Program-made: the position numbers and the translations under genes | The notes under the pieces: model-generated | Told to the model about the DNA's origin: nothing | The model's database searches: none | Seen by the model: the letters and a program-made list of their open reading frames with translations, nothing else | Assembly: GCF_009914755.1 (NCBI RefSeq) | Contig: NC_060947.1 | Strand: one strand, 5' to 3' | Source: the human T2T-CHM13v2.0 reference genome, Homo sapiens | DNA length: 64,000 nt | Part shown: positions 1 through 15,768 of the stretch, piece by piece | Layout: every line of letters begins with the position of its first letter | Numbering within the stretch: position 1 is the stretch's first letter

Positions 1-3000
1 CCCAGGGACCCGAGGACCACCACTACCACTTCTGGCACCTGAGCCACATGGAGGTGCAACCATTGGCCTGCCAGGACCAACTAACATTGTTGCCAGCCTA
101 TGTTGCCCTGAGGCCCAATGACAGGTATGCTAGGCCTACCATTACCACAGTGGGCCTGATGACATTCCTACCTGGCATCCCAGTGCCCAGCAAAGCTTCA
201 CCACAGCCTTCACTAACAACCACACCCTAAGCTACTGAGGAAATCACAAACACTACTGAAGCTGTTTACAACTGAAGAAATCATATAGAGAATACACTAT
301 TGCACGTACCCAGAATCAAAGCCAAGGTGCCCTACCCAGCCAACACAACAGATACATCTTCAGGAAAAGTCCTCCCGTATGAAAGAAAATCCAAAATTTT
401 GGAAGAAGCAACTGGCACACCAGATGTGCAGATATCAATGGAGGGACACAAGAAACATGAAAAAGCAAGGAAATATGACACCTCCAAATAAAAATAATTA
501 TTCTCCAGCAAAAGATCCCCAAAAAAAGAGATTTATGAAATCCTAGAAAAATTATTAAAAGTGTTGATATTAAAAACCTCAGTGAGAGACAAGAGAACCT
601 CATAAACAGCACAAAAAAATCAGAAAAACAATTCAGTATATTAATGAGAAATTTATCAAAGAGATATTATTAAAAAAAGAAACAAACAGAAATCCTGGAA
701 CTGAAGAATTCACTGAATGAAAAAAAAATACATTCTAAAGCTTCAACAATAGACTAGATCAAGCAGAAGAAAAAATTTCAGGACTTGACGACAGGTCTTT
801 TGAAATCACCCAGTCAGTCAAATTTTTTTTAAAGAAATAATTTTTAAAAATGAACAAAACCTACATGACATAAAGGAGACCACAAATTGACCAAATACTT
901 GACCTTCAGTGTTCCAAAAGGTGAATAGAAGAACAAAGGGGGTAGAAAACCTATTGAACAAAATAATAGCTGAAAACATCTCAAGTCTAGCAGGAGATTT
1001 AGACATCCAGACACAGGAAGCTCAGAGATCTCCAAATACATATCGTCTAAAAAGGTCTTATCCACTGTGTATTATAGTCAAATTGCCAAAAGTCAAAGAC
1101 AAAGAGATAATTTTAAAAACAGCAAGAGAAAAGCATCTAGCCACTTATAAGGGAACCCCTAACAGACTAACAGTTGGTTTCTCAGCAGAAACTTAACAGG
1201 CCAGAAGAGAATGGGATGACATCTTCAAAGCGCTTAAAGGAAAAAAAAAAAATAACTGCCAGCCAAGGATACTATACCCAGCAAAGTTAACATTCATAAA
1301 CAAAAGATAAAGTCTTTCCCAGACAAGCCAAAGCTGAGGGAATTCATCAGCATAAGACCAATCCTACAAGAAATGTTTAAGGTAGTCCTACACCTGGAAG
1401 CAAAAGGACACTATCTACTATCACAAAAAGACACAAAAGTATAAAACCACTGGTAGAGCAAACAGACAAACAAGGACAAAAAAGGACTCAAATGTTATGA
1501 CTACGGAAAACCACCAAACCATAATGAATAAACAATAAGACAGAAAGAAAGACACAAAAGATATACAAACAACAAGAAACCAAGTAAAATGATAGGAATA
1601 AGCCCTCACATATTAATAATAATCTTGAATGTAAACAAATGAGGCATTCCACTTAAAAGATATAGATGGGCTGAATGGATTTAAAAAAAAATGACCTATG
1701 TATAGAATCCCTATAAGAACTCATTTCACCTGTAAAGACACATATAGATTGAAAGTAAAGGGATGAAAAAAAGATATTCCATGCAAATTGAAATAAAAAA
1801 ATGAGCAAGGGTAGCTATGTTTAAATAAGACAAAAGATACTTTAACTTGAAAACAATAAAAAGAAACAAAGAAGGTCAATATATAATGATACAGAGATCA
1901 ATTCAGCAAGAGAATATAACAATTCCAAATACATATGCACCCAACACCAGGCCACCCAGATATGTAAAGCAAATATTTTTAGATCTAAAGGGAGAGATAG
2001 ACTCCAATACAATAATAGTTGGGAACTTCAACACTCCGCTCACAGCATAAGACAGATCATCTAAACAGAAAATTAATAAAGAAACATTGGATTTAAACGG
2101 CACTTTAGACCAAATGGACCTAACAGACATTTACAGAACATTTCATCCAACAGCTACAGAATACACATTATTCTCATCAGCACATGGAACATTCTCCAAG
2201 ATATAGGCCACACAACAAATCTCAACAGTTTTTAAAAAATCAAAATCATATCAAGATCACAATGGTCTGAAACTCTAAATCAATAATAAGAGGAACTTTG
2301 GAAACTACAAACACATGGAAATTAAACAACATGCTCCTGAATGACCACTGGATTAAAGAAAAAGTTAAGGAAAAAATGTTTTAAAAATTTCCTGAAACAA
2401 ATGAAAATGGAAACGCAAGACACCAAAACTTACAGGACACACAAAAGCACTGCTAAGAGGGAAGTTTATAGCAATAAGCATCTAGATCAAAAAAGCAGAG
2501 AGATTTCAAATAAATAGTCTAATGATGCACCCCAAGTACTAGAAAAGCAAGAACAAATCAAACCCAAAATTAGTAGGAGGAAGGAAATAATAAAGATCAG
2601 AGCAGAACTAAATTAAATAGAGACTAAAAAATTTACAAAGCATCAACAAAATGAAAAGTTTTTTTTCAAAAAAAGATAAAATTGATAAACTGCTAGTGAA
2701 ATGGCTCCATTTTCTGGGGTATATACCCTGGTTCTTTGTCACAGTTGAGAAAGAATTCAAGACATGGACACACACAAGGAGTGGATTTAGGAGCGGAAAG
2801 TTTAATAGAAAAAGAAGAAAGAGAAAAAAAGCTTCCTCATGCTGAAAAAGTGGGTCGCCCAAAAGAGGGTCTCTAGTTTGTGGCAAAACATAATCGGTTT
2901 TGTACAGAGGCTTGAGGAGGCAGTGATTGATTTACATAGGGCTCAGGGGATTGGGTTTACCAGGTGTGCCATTTACATAGCTTGCAAAAAGACTGGCCCT

Positions 3001-5040
3001 CTGACCCTAGTCTTTTATTATGCAAATGCGGCCTCCACCTGGTGGAGGCCATGATGCCTGTACACACGGTTTTACCTGGAGGCTGCCATGATACCCATTA
3101 ACATAGTGACAAGCAAAAGAGGATGGGAGATGCCACATTGAATGTACCTGGCTTCCAGGTACAGCTGCCATCATTTACATATAAAAGCTCCTAGTTTGCA
3201 TATCTATGCCTGACTTCTCAGGCTGCTTCCTGTTAGAGAAGAAATGGTTTGGGGACTGCTTTTTATTAAAGAAAAATTACACTGGGAGTTTTCACCCTTT
3301 CTAGCTGCCTAAAAATAATTTCTTAATAACTCCTGTATTACTAGTTAAGCTAACCAAAAAAAGAGAGAGAAGACTCAAAATCACAAATAGAAAAGGAGAT
3401 ATTACAACTGATAGCACAGAAATATAAAAGATCATCAGAGCCTATTAAGAACAACTATACATTAACAAACTGGAAGACCTAGAGGAAAAAAATAAATTCC
3501 TGGACCCATACAACTTACCAAGATTGAATCAGGAAGAAGTAGAAAACCTTAACAGACTAATAACGAATAATGAGATTTAATCACTAATAAAGTCTCTCAA
3601 CAAAGAAAAGCCCAGGACCAGATGGCTTCACTGTTGAATTCTACCAAATTTAAAAAGAACTAACATCACTTCTCCTCAAACTATTCAAAAAAATTGAAGC
3701 AAATGGATTTCTCCCTAATTCATTCCATGAGGCACCATTGCCCTAATACCAAAACTAGACAAGTATACAACAACAACAAAAACTACAGGCCAATATCCCT
3801 GATGAATATAGATGCAAAACTCCTTAACTACATACTAGCAAATCAAATCCAACAGCACATGAAAAAGATAATACACCATGATCAAATGGGATCTATCCCA
3901 GGGATGCAAGGATGGTTCAACATATACAAAACAATAAACACAATACATCAAATCAACAGAATGACGGACAACAATAATATGATAATCTCAATAGGCACAG
4001 GAAAAATATTTGATAAAATTCAACAGCCCTTTATGATAACAGCACTCAGAAACTGGGCATAGAAGGAACATAACTCAACATACTAAAGACCGTATGTAAA
4101 CATAATAAAGAGCACAGGTAATGATATGGGGAAAAGCTGGAAGCCTTTCCTCTGAGAACTGGAGCAAGAAAAGGATGCCCACTTTCACCACTCACCACTT
4201 GGCTAGGTCTTTCTGTACCTAGCCAAAGCAATCAGGCAAGAGAAAGAAATAAAAGGCATTCACATTGGAAAAGAGGAAGTCAAACTATCCACCTCTGCAG
4301 ACAACATGATCTTGTATCTAGAAAAACCTAAAGACTTCACCAAAAACTCTTAGTAAAGTTACAGAACACAAAATCAACACACACAAATCAGTAGTATTTC
4401 TACACATAAATAATCAACTAGCTGAGAAGAAATCAAGAAGGCAATCCCATTTACAATAGTTATAAAAAAGAGTTACAAAAATAAAATACCTAGTATTATA
4501 TTTAACCAAGGAGATAAATGACCTCTTTTAAAGAAAACTACAAAACACTGATGAAAGAAATGAAACAGAAAACAAACAAATAAAAATACATCCCATACTC
4601 ATGGATCAGAAAAATTAATATTTTTCCAATGACCATACTGCACAAAGCAATGTAAAAAATAATTTCAGTCCCTATCAAAATATCAATGTCATTTTTCACA
4701 GAAATGGAAAAAAAACCCTAAAATTTATATGGAACTCAAAGTAGTCCAAGTAGCCAAAAGAATTCTGAGCAAAAGGTACAGAACTGGAGGCATCACACTA
4801 TCTGACTTCAAAATATATTACAAAGCTGTAGTACCCAAAACAGCATGATATTGGTATAAAAACAGACACACAGATAAATGAAATAGAACAGAGAACCCAG
4901 AAACAAAGCCCATATTTACAGTCAACTGATTTCTATGAAGGCACAAAGAACGTACATTGGGGAAAAATACTCTCTTCAATACATGTTGCTGGGAAAAATG
5001 GATATTCATATGTAGAAGAAGGAAACTGGATCCCTATCCC
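1..5040 (+). mobile_element. Old LINE-1 (L1M2/L1MA4-7-like): partial 5' UTR, decayed ORF1 (~470-1400) and ORF2 (~1590-5040), 3'-truncated; interrupted by an LTR at 2697-3340
   Basis: ORF fragments are L1 ORF1 (ENLLNKIIAEN..., KDKEIILKTAREK) and ORF2 endonuclease/RT (NTIIVGNFNTPL; [13 protein letters not shown]; GMQGWFNI), with many stops and frameshifts. Subfamily is from remembered 5' UTR similarity. Confidence 0.9.
2697..3340 (-). mobile_element. Solo ERV1-class LTR, MER50-like (644 bp)
   Basis: Interrupts L1 ORF2 with an exact 4-bp TSD CTAG (2693-2696 / 3341-3344). The minus strand starts TAATACAGGAGTTATTAAGAAATTATTTTTAGGCAG and ends ...TTTCA, resembling MER50. A 4-bp TSD is typical of ERV1. 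Confidence 0.75.
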
Positions 5041-6155
5041 TCCAGTGGCATTTGCTGAAAACAATCAGTGGCAATTGTGTATTATCATGGCTGTCTGAGG
5101 CAATGCATAATAGATGGGGCCAACAATAGGTTAACCAAATAGCTTAAAGCTGAGGAATGAAATTTCTATGGGGCGATTTGAAAAACTCACATATTCCTGG
5201 AATTCTCCATGGCCACATGCATGTGTAGGGCTGTGTTGTTGCTCGAGGCTGGGTGCATGCACAGGAAATACCTGAAAAAGGCCTAAGCTCCCACCTGTGA
5301 CTGACCCTGAGGTTCTAAGCAAGTGGGAAGTGAAGGCTAAGGCAAAGCTGTCAACTACCTGCCTGAGCATTGAAGGCATACTTCCAACATGCACACAGAG
5401 TCCCTTCACAAAGACTGGGAGATTTATTGGTTCCAGGTGCTTAAAGAAATCTCTGTTCATTCATTAGCTGACCACTAACCTAACCAAGCAAAGATTTCAG
5501 TGGACACATATGACAAAAGAATACAGACTTTACAGAATTAGTTCAGGAAAGTCACTAAACAAACTACAGGAGCAACAAAAAGACCTGGGGAGATAGGAAA
5601 AGAATCTGATTTGCAGATATGCTACATTGTATTATTCAAAATATCTAGTTTTCAACAAAACACCATTATGAAACATGCAAAAAACAAGAAAGTATGGCCC
5701 AAACACAGAAAAAAAGCAATCAATAGAAACTGTTCCTGAGGAAGCCCAAATATTGAACTTACTAGACAAACACTTTAAACCAGTTATTATAAATATGTTC
5801 ATAAACTGAAAGAAACCATGTCTAAAGAACTAAAGTAGGAAAACAATGTCTCACCAAATACAGACTATGAATAAAGACACATAAGTTGTAAAGACAAAGT
5901 AGACATTCTAGACTCAAAAGTATAAATCATATGAAAAATTCACTAGAAGAGCAAGATGACTGCACATTTCAGCAGGTAGAAGAAAGCATCAGTGAACTTG
6001 AAGATATATTGATTGAGATTAACCAGTCTAAGGAACACAGACAATGAAGAAAAACAAAGAGAGCCTAAGAGAACTGTGGGAACCATCTAGTGCCCCAACA
6101 TACACATGATGATATGCCCAGAAGCGGAGGAGAGAGAAAAAGGACGAAAAGAATA
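5041..6155 (+). mobile_element. Ancient L1M (L1M4/L1MC-MD-like) 5' UTR end and ORF1 N-terminal part; host of Tigger3a
   Basis: L1 ORF1-like sequence (tattgaacttactagacaaacactttaaa..., cagtgaacttgaagat..., agagcctaagagaactgtggg). It stops at the TA at 6154-6155 and continues colinearly at 28925. Confidence 0.75.
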
Positions 6156-6231
6156 CAGTAATGCACTGCGTAATGTTTCAGTGAACAATAGACCACATAT
6201 ACAACAGTGGCCACATAAGATTATAATGGAG
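6156..6231 (+). mobile_element. Tigger3a (MER7A-like, TcMar-Tigger) left fragment
   Basis: TA followed by CAGTAATGCACTGCGTAATGTTTCAGTGAACAATAGACCACATATAC...CATAAGATTATAATGGAG, which matches the Tigger3a left end. Confidence 0.85.
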
Positions 6232-7239
6232 GGGAGAGGGCAGAGCAAGATGGCTGAATAGAAGGCTCTACTGATCATCTCTCCTATCCCACAGGAACAC
6301 CAAAACTGACAACTATCTACACACAAAAAAGCACCTTCATAAGAGCTGAAAATCAGGTGAGCCCCCACAGTACCTGTTTTAACTTAATATTTCTGAAAGA
6401 GGCACTAAACAGGGTAGGAAAGACAGTCTTGAACCACTGACATGACCCCTCCCCCATTCCCCCAGCAGTGGCTGTGTGGCATGGAGAGAGAATCTCTGTG
6501 CTTAGGAGAAGGAGAATGAAGCAATTGTGAGACTGCATTAAACTCAGTGCTGCCTTGTCCCAGTGGAAAGCAAAACTGCACTGAATGCAGCTGACACTTA
6601 CCCATGGAGAACGCATGTAGAGCAGCCCTAACTAGAAGGGAATCCCATTTCCCAGCAGTTGGAATGTGAGTTCTGGCAAGCTTTGCCATCATCTGCTAAA
6701 GTGCTCTGGGCTCTAAGTAAATTTGAAAGGCGGTCTAGGACACAAGAACTGCAACTCCTAGGTGAGTATGTATGCTGAGCTGGGCTTAGAGCTAGTGGGC
6801 TTGGAGGGCATGTAACATACACAAGCCAGGGCAGTGAAGGGAGTGCTTGCACCACCACTACCCAAATCCCAGGCTGCACAGCTCATGGCTCCAAAAGAGA
6901 CCCCTTCCTTCCTCTTCAGGAGAGGAGAGGGAAGAGTAAAGAAGACTTGGTCTTGCATCTTGGCTCCCTGCTCAGCCAAAGCAGAATAGGGCACTGGTCA
7001 GAGTCTTAGCACCCCAGTTCCAGGCCCTAGCTCCTGAACAACATTTCTAGACACATTCTGAAACAGAAGGGTACCCGTTGCCTTCAAGGGAAGGACCTGG
7101 TCCTGGAAGGACCCATCATCTGCTGACTAAAGAGCACTTGGGCCCTGAATAACCAGTAGTGATACTCAGGTAGTACACTGTGGGCCTTGGGTAAGACTCT
7201 GAGATGTGCTGGCTTTGGGTGAGACCCAGCACATTCTCA

Positions 7240-7638
<399 letters not shown>

Positions 7639-10600
7639 TCAGCTGCAATATAATAGAACACCAGGTAGATTTCTAGGATTTTTGACTCTAGTTCCTGGCC
7701 TGGATGGCATCTCAAGAGCTGCCTGGGACCTAGAGAAACTTGCTGCCCTGAAGGGAAGAACAAAATTGTCACTCGATTTGCCACCTGTTGACTGTAGAGC
7801 TCTGCGACCTTAAGAAAACACAGGCAGTAGCCAGGCAGTATTACAGGGGACCTTGGGTGAGACCCAGTGCTGTGCTGGCTTCAGGTCTGACCCAGTGGAG
7901 TCCCAGTGGTGGTGGCCACAGAGGTACTTGTGTCACCTCATCCCAAGCTCCAGGCAGCTCAGCACAGAAAGAGAGAGACTCCATTTGTTTGGAAGAAAGT
8001 AAGGGAAGAAAACAAGAGTCTCTCTGTCTGGTAATGCAGATAATTTCTGTGGATTCTTATCCAAGACCAGCAAGGTGGTACCTCTATAAGACTACAAGAG
8101 TCACAGCATTACTGGGTTTGGGGAGCCCCCTGATGCAGATACAGCATGGATCACAACATGCAAGTCCTTTTAAATACCTGGAAAGCTTTCCCAAGAAGGA
8201 TGGGTACAAATAAACGCAGACTACGAAGATTACAATACACACTTAATTCTTCAATTAGTAGACACGGATGAATGTCCACAAGCTTAAAATCCATCCAGGA
8301 GAAACATGAAATTACCAAGCAAACTAAATTAGGCACCAGGGGCCAATCCTGGAGAAACAGATATGTGAACATTCAGACAGAGAGTTCAAAATAGCTGTTT
8401 TGAGGAAATTCAAAGATAACACAAAGAAGAAATTCAGCACTCTATCAGATAAGATTAACAAAGAGATTGAAATAATTAAAAATCAAGCAGAAATTCTGGA
8501 GTTGAAAAATGCAATGGACACACTGAAGAATGCATCAGTCTTTTAATAGCAGAATTGATCAAGCAGAAGAAAGAATTAGTAAGAATGAAGACAGGTTATT
8601 TGAAAATACACAGTAAGAGTAGACAAAAGAAAAAAATAGAAAAGAATGATGCATGCCTATAAAATCTAGAAAATAGTCTCAAAAGGGGAAATCTAAGAGT
8701 AATTGACCTTAAAGAGAAGGTAGAGAAAGAGGTGAGGTAGAAAGTTTATTCAGAGATAATAACAGAGAACTGCCCCAAACAGAGAAAGATATCACCATCC
8801 AAGTACGAGAAGGTTATAGAACACCCAACAGATTTTACCAAAAGAATACCTCAAAGCATTTAGTCATCAAACTTCCAAAGGTCAGGGATAAAGAAGGATC
8901 CGAAAAGCAGCAAGAGAAAAGAAACAACACACAATAAAGCTCCATTACATCTTGCAGCAGACTTTTCGGTAGAAACCTTACAGGCCAGGAGAGAGTGGCA
9001 TGAAATATTTAAAGTGATGACAGAAAATAACTTTTACCCTAAAATAGTATATCCCGTGAAAATTGCCTTCAAACATGAAGGAGAAATAAAGACTTTCCCA
9101 CACAAACAAAAGCTAAGAGATTTCATCAATACCAGACCTGTATACAAGAAATGCTAAATGGAGTACTTCAATCAGAAAGAAAAGGACATTAATGAGCAAT
9201 AAATAATCACTTGAAGGTACAAAACTCACTGGTAATAGTAAGTATACTGAAAAACTAGAATATTATAACACCATAACTGTGGTGTGTAAACTACTCTTAA
9301 GTAGAAAGGCTAAACAATGAGCCAATCAAAGATAATAACTACAACAACTTTTCAAGACACAATACAATAAGATATAAATAGAAACAACAAAAAGTTAAAA
9401 AGCGGGAGGATGAAGTTAAGGGGTAGAGTGTTTATTAGTTTACATTTTGCTTGCTTGTTTGTTTATGGAAACAATGCTATGTTGTTGTCAGCTTAAAAAG
9501 CCTCGTGGTAACCTCAAATCAAGTAACATATAATTGATACACAAAAAATAAAAAGAAAGGAATTAAATAACACCACCTAAGAAAATTACCTTCACCAAAA
9601 GCAAGACAGGAAGGAAAGAAGGAAGAAAGAGAAGGCCACAAAACAACCAGCAGAGAAGTAACAAAATGGTAGAGTAAGTTCCTACTTATTGATAATAACA
9701 TTGACTGTAAATGGACTAATCTCTCCAGTCAGAAGATAAGGAGTGGTTGAATAAATTTTTAAAAAGGCCCAATGATCTATGACCTACAAGAAACATACTT
9801 CACCTATAAGAAAGTCAGTATAAAATGATAAAGGGTTAATTCAACAAGAGGATATACCAATTTTAAATATATATGCACTCAATACTGGAGCACCCAGATA
9901 TATAAAGCAAATATTATTACAGCTAAGGAAAGAAATAGACTCCAATACAATAAAATCTAGAGACTTCAACAAATCACTTTCAGCATTGGACATATCTCCC
10001 AAACAAAAAACGAACAAAGAAACATCTGATTTATTCTGCACAATAGACCAAATGGCTCTAACAGATATTTACAGAACATTTCATCCAATGGCTGCAGAAT
10101 ATATATTCTTTTCTTCAGCACATGAATATCATTCTCAAAGAGACCATATGTTAGGTCACAAAACAAGTCTTAAAACATTCAAAAATTGAAATTATATCAA
10201 GCATCTTCTCCACCACAATGGAATAAAACTAGAAATAAATAAGAATAATTTTGGAAACTATACAAACACATGGAAATTAAACAACATGCTCCTGAATGAC
10301 CAATGGTCAATGAATAAATTAAGAAAAAATTCAAATATAGAGTGAAAACAAATGATTATGGAAATACAACATATAAAAACCAATGAGATATAGCCAAAGC
10401 AGTGCTAAGAGGGAAGTTTATAGCTATAAGTGTGTACATCAAAAAAGAAGAACAACTTCAAATAAACAACCTAATGATGCATCTTAATGAACTAGAGAAG
10501 AGCAAACCAAACCCAAAATTAGTAGAAGAAAAGAAATAAGAAAGATCAGAGCAGAAACAAATGAAACTGAAATAAAGAAAACAATAACAAAAGATCAACA

Positions 10601-12539
10601 AAACCAAAACCTGGCTATTTGAAAAGATAAATGAAACTGACAAACCTTTAGTTAGAATAACTCAGAAAAAGAGAGAACGCACAAATAAACAAAATCGGAG
10701 CTAAAAAAGGATGTCCTAACCCAAAGCAAAGATGCTAAGAACGATGATAAAACATTATAAGAGCTGTTAACCAGAATAACCAGTTTAAAGAGGAACACAA
10801 ATAACTTGATAGAGCTGAAAACACAACATAAGAACTTCATAATGCAACCACAAGTATCAGTAACTGAATAGACCAAGTAGAAGAAAGAATTTCAGAGCTT
10901 GAAGACTATCTTGCTGAAATAAGACAGGCAGGCAAGATTAGAAGAAACAGAATAACAAGGAATGAACAAAACCTCTGAGAACTATGGGATTATGTAAAAA
11001 GACTGAACTTACGACTAATTGGGGTACCTGAAAGAGACAGAGACAGAACGGAAATAAGTTGGAAAACATACTACAGAATATCATCCAGGAGAACTTCCAC
11101 AACCTAACAAGACAGGCAAACATTCAAACTCAGGAAACCCAGAGAAACCCAATAAGATACTCCATGAGAAGATCAACCCCAAGACACATAATCATCAGAT
11201 TGTCCAAGTTCAAAATGAAAACAAATGTTAAGGGCAGTCAGAGAGAAAGGCCATGTCACCTACAAAGAGAAGTCCATCAGACTAAGAGTGGATCTCTCAG
11301 CAGAAACCCTACAAGCCAGAAGAGATTGGGAGCTAATATTCAACATTCTTAAAGAAAAGAATTTCCAACCCAGAATTTCATATCTGATCAAACTAAGCTT
11401 CATAAGTGAAGAAGAAATAAAGTCCTTTTCAGACAAGAAAATGCTTAGGGAATTCATCACCACCAGACCTGCCTTGCAAGAACTCCTGAATGAAGCACTA
11501 AATATGAAAAGGAAAAATCAATACCAGCCACTGCAAAAACACACTGAATTACAAAGACCAATGACACTATGAAGCAACTACATCAACAAGTCTGCAAAAT
11601 AACCAGCTAGCATCATGATGAAAGGACCAAATTCACACATAACAATATTAACCTTAAATGTAAATGGACTAATGCCCAAATTAAAAGACACAGAATGGTA
11701 AGCTGGGTAGTCAAGACCCATTGCTTTGCTGTATTCAAGAGACCCATCTCACGTGCAAAGACACACATAGGCTCAAAATAAAGGGATGGAGGAAAATTTA
11801 CCCAGCCAATGGAAAGCAGAAAAGACAGGAGTGACAATCCTAGTTTCTGACAAAACAGACTTTAAAACGACAAAGATAAAAAAAGACAAAGAGGGACATT
11901 ACATAATGGTAAAGGGATCAATTCAACAAGAAGAGTTAACTATTGTAAATATATATACACCCAATACAGAAGCACCCAGATTCGTAAAACAAGTTCTTAG
12001 AGACCTACAAAGAGACTTACACTCCCACACAATAATAGTGGGAGACTTTAACACCCCATTGTCAATATTATACAGACCATCGAGACAGAAAATTAACAAA
12101 AATTTTCAGGACTTGAACTCAGCTCACCAAGTGGACCTGATACATATCTACAGAACTCTCCACCAAAACACAACAGAATATACATTCTTCCCTGTGCCAC
12201 ATGGCGTTTACTCTAAAATTGATCACATAAATGAAAGTAAAAAATTCCTCAGCAAATGCAAAAGGACTGATATCATAACAAACAGTCGCTCAGACCACAG
12301 CACAATCAAATTAGAACTCAAGATTAAGAAACTCACTCAAAGTCACACAACTACATGGAAATTGAACAACCTGCTCCTGAATGACTACTGGGTAAATAAA
12401 GAAATTAAGGCAGAAATCAAAAAGTTCTTTGAAACCAACGAGAACAAACAGATAACATATCAGAATCTCTGGAACGCAGCTAAAGCAGTGTTAAAAGGGA
12501 AATTTATAGCACTATATGCCCATATGAAAAAGCTAGAAA

Positions 12540-12835
12540 GCCAGGCACAGTGGCTCATGCCTGTAATCCCAGCAATTTGGGAGGCTGAAGTGGATGGATC
12601 ACTTGAGGTCAGGGGTTTGAGACCAGCCTGGCTAACATGGTGAAACTCGGTCCCTACAAAAAAATACAAAACTTAGCCGGGTGTGGTGGCATGTGCTTGT
12701 AGTCCCCCCTATTCGGGAGGCTGAGGCATGAGAATCACTTGAACCCAGGAGGCAGAGGTTGCAGTGAGCTGAGTCCATGCCACTGGACTCCAGCCTGGGT
12801 GACAGAGCAGGACTACATCTCAAAAAAAAAAAAAA
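12540..12835 (+). mobile_element. Alu (AluS, Sz/Sx-like)
   Basis: Dimeric Alu with A-rich linker and A14 tail, inside L1 ORF2. Confidence 0.93.
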
Positions 12836-14322
12836 GTCTCCAATCAGCACCATAGCATCACAACTAAAAGAACTAGAGAACCAAGAGCAAACAAACTTCA
12901 AAGCTAGCAGAAGACAAAAAATAACCAAGATCAGAGTGAACTGAAGGAGATAGAGACACAAAAAACTGTTCAAACAATCAATGAATCCAGAGGCTGGTTT
13001 CTTCAAAAAAATAATAAAATAGATAGACCTCTAGCTAGACTAATGAGAGAGAAGAATCAAATAAACACAACAAAAATGATAAAGATATCACCACTGACTC
13101 CACAGAAATACAAAAAACCATCAGAGAATACTATTTAATATAAACACCTCTATGCAAATAAACTAAAAAATCTAGACAAAATGGATAAAATCCTGGACAC
13201 ATACACCCTCCCAAGACTGAACCAGGAAGGAGTTGAATCCCTGAATAGACCAATAACAAGTTCTGAAATTGAGGTAGTAATAAATAAAAGCCCAGGACAA
13301 GATGGATTTAGAGCTGAATTCTACCAAAGGTACAAAGTGGAGCTGGTACCATTTCTTCTGAAACTATTCTAAACAATTGAAAAGGAGGGACTTCTCCATA
13401 ACTCATTTTATGAGGCCAGCATCATCTTGATACCAAAACCTGGCAGAGATACAATAAAAAAAGAAAACTTCAGGCCAATATCTCTCATGAACAGCAATGC
13501 AAAAATCCTCAGTAAAATACTGGCAAACCAAATCCAACAGCACATCAAAAAGCTTATTCACCACAATCAAGTCAGCTTCATTCCTTGGATGCAAGGCTGG
13601 TTCAACATAAGCAAATCAATAAACATAACTGATCACATAGACAGAACTAAAGACAAAAACCACATTGATTATCTCAATAGATGCAGAAAAGGCCTTCAAT
13701 AAAATTAAACATCCCTTCATGTTAAAAACTCTCAATAAACTAGGTATTGAAAGGATATACATCAATATAATAAGAGCAATTCATGAAAGCTGGAAGCATT
13801 CCATTTGAAAACTGGCACAAGACGAGGATGTCCTCTCTCATCACTCCTACTCAATATCGTATTGGAAGTTCTGGCCAGGGCAATCGGTCAAGAGAAAGAA
13901 ATACAGGGTATTCAAATAGGAAGAGAGGAAGCCAAACTGTCTGTTTGCAAATGACATGATTCTATATCTAGAAAACCCCATCGTCTCAGCCCCAAAGCTT
14001 CTTAAGCTAATAAGCAACTTCAGCAAAGTCTTAGTGATATGGTTTGGCTGTGTCCCCACCCAAACCACATCTTGAATGTAGCTCTCATAATCCCCATGTG
14101 GGAGGGACCCAGTTGGAAGTAATTGAATCATGGGGGCAGGTTTTTCCCATGCTGTTGTTATAATAGTGGATAAGTCTCAAGGGATCTGATGGTTTTATAA
14201 AGGGCAGGTCCACTACACATGTGCTCTTGCCTGCTGCCATGTAAGACGTGCCTTTACTCCTCCTTTGCCTTCCACTATGATTGTGAGGCCTTCCCAGCCA
14301 TGGGGAACTGTGAGTCCATTAA

Positions 14323-14658
<336 letters not shown>

Positions 14659-14823
14659 ATCAGGTATTTCTTCATAGCAGTAGGAAAATGGACTAATACA
14701 GTCAAATGGTACCAGTAGAGTGGAGTACTGCTATTAAGATACCTGAAAATGTGGAAGCAACTTTTGTACTGCTTAGTAAGTAGAGGTTGGAACAGTTTGG
14801 AGTGCTCATAAGAAGGTAGTAAG

Positions 14824-15768
14824 ATGTGGGAAAGTTTGGAACTTCCTAGAGACTTGTTCAATGGCTTTGACCAAAATGCTGATAGTGATATGGACAATAA
14901 GATCCAGACTGAGGTGGTCTTAGATGGAGATGAGGAATTTGTTGGGAACTGGAGGGAAAGTGACTGTTGTTATGATTTAGCAAAGAGATGGGTGGCATTT
15001 GGCTCCTGCCCTAGAGATCTGTGGAACTTTGAACTTGAGAGAGATAACTTAGGGTATCTGGCAGAAGAAATTTCTAATCTGCAAAGCATTCAAAAGGAAG
15101 AAGAGCATAAAAGTTTGAAAAACTTGCAGCCTGCCAAGAAAAACCCATTTTCTGGGGAGAAACTCAAGCCTCCTGCAGAAATTTGCATAAATAACAAGGA
15201 GCTGAATGTTAATCACCAAGACAATGGGGAAAACATCTCCAGGCCATGTCAGAGACCTTCATGGCAGAGCCTCCCATCAAAGGCCTGGAGGCCTAGAAGG
15301 GAAAAATGGTTTCTTAGGTCAGGTCCAGGGCCCCTCTGTTATGTGCAGCCTAGGGACTTGGAGACCTGCATCCCAGCCTCTCTAGCCATGGCTAAAGTAC
15401 AGCTTGGGCCATGGCTTCAGAGGGTTCAAGCCCAAAACCTTGGCAGCTTCCATGTGTTGTTGAGCTTGTGGGTACACAGAAGTTCAAGGATTGAGGTTTG
15501 GGAACCTCTGCCTAGATTTCAGTGGTGGTATGGAAATGCCTGGATGTCCAGGCAGAAGTTTGCTGCCGGGGTGGGGCCCTCATGGAGAACCTCTGCTAGA
15601 GAACTGTGGAAGGCAAATATGGGGTGGAAGTCCCCACACAGAATCTCCACTGGGGCACTGCCTAGTGGAGCTGTGAGAAGAGGGCCACTGTACTCCAGAA
15701 CCCAGAATGGTAGATCTGCCGACAGCTTGCACCATGTTCCCGGAAATGCCACAGAAACTCAAAGCTAA
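14824..15768 (+). pseudogene. THE1-internal (MaLR) ORF remnant, 314 aa
   Basis: MWESLELPRDLFNGFDQNADSDMDNK... is the typical MaLR internal ORF. The same peptide recurs in the THE1A copy at ~58850. Confidence 0.75.
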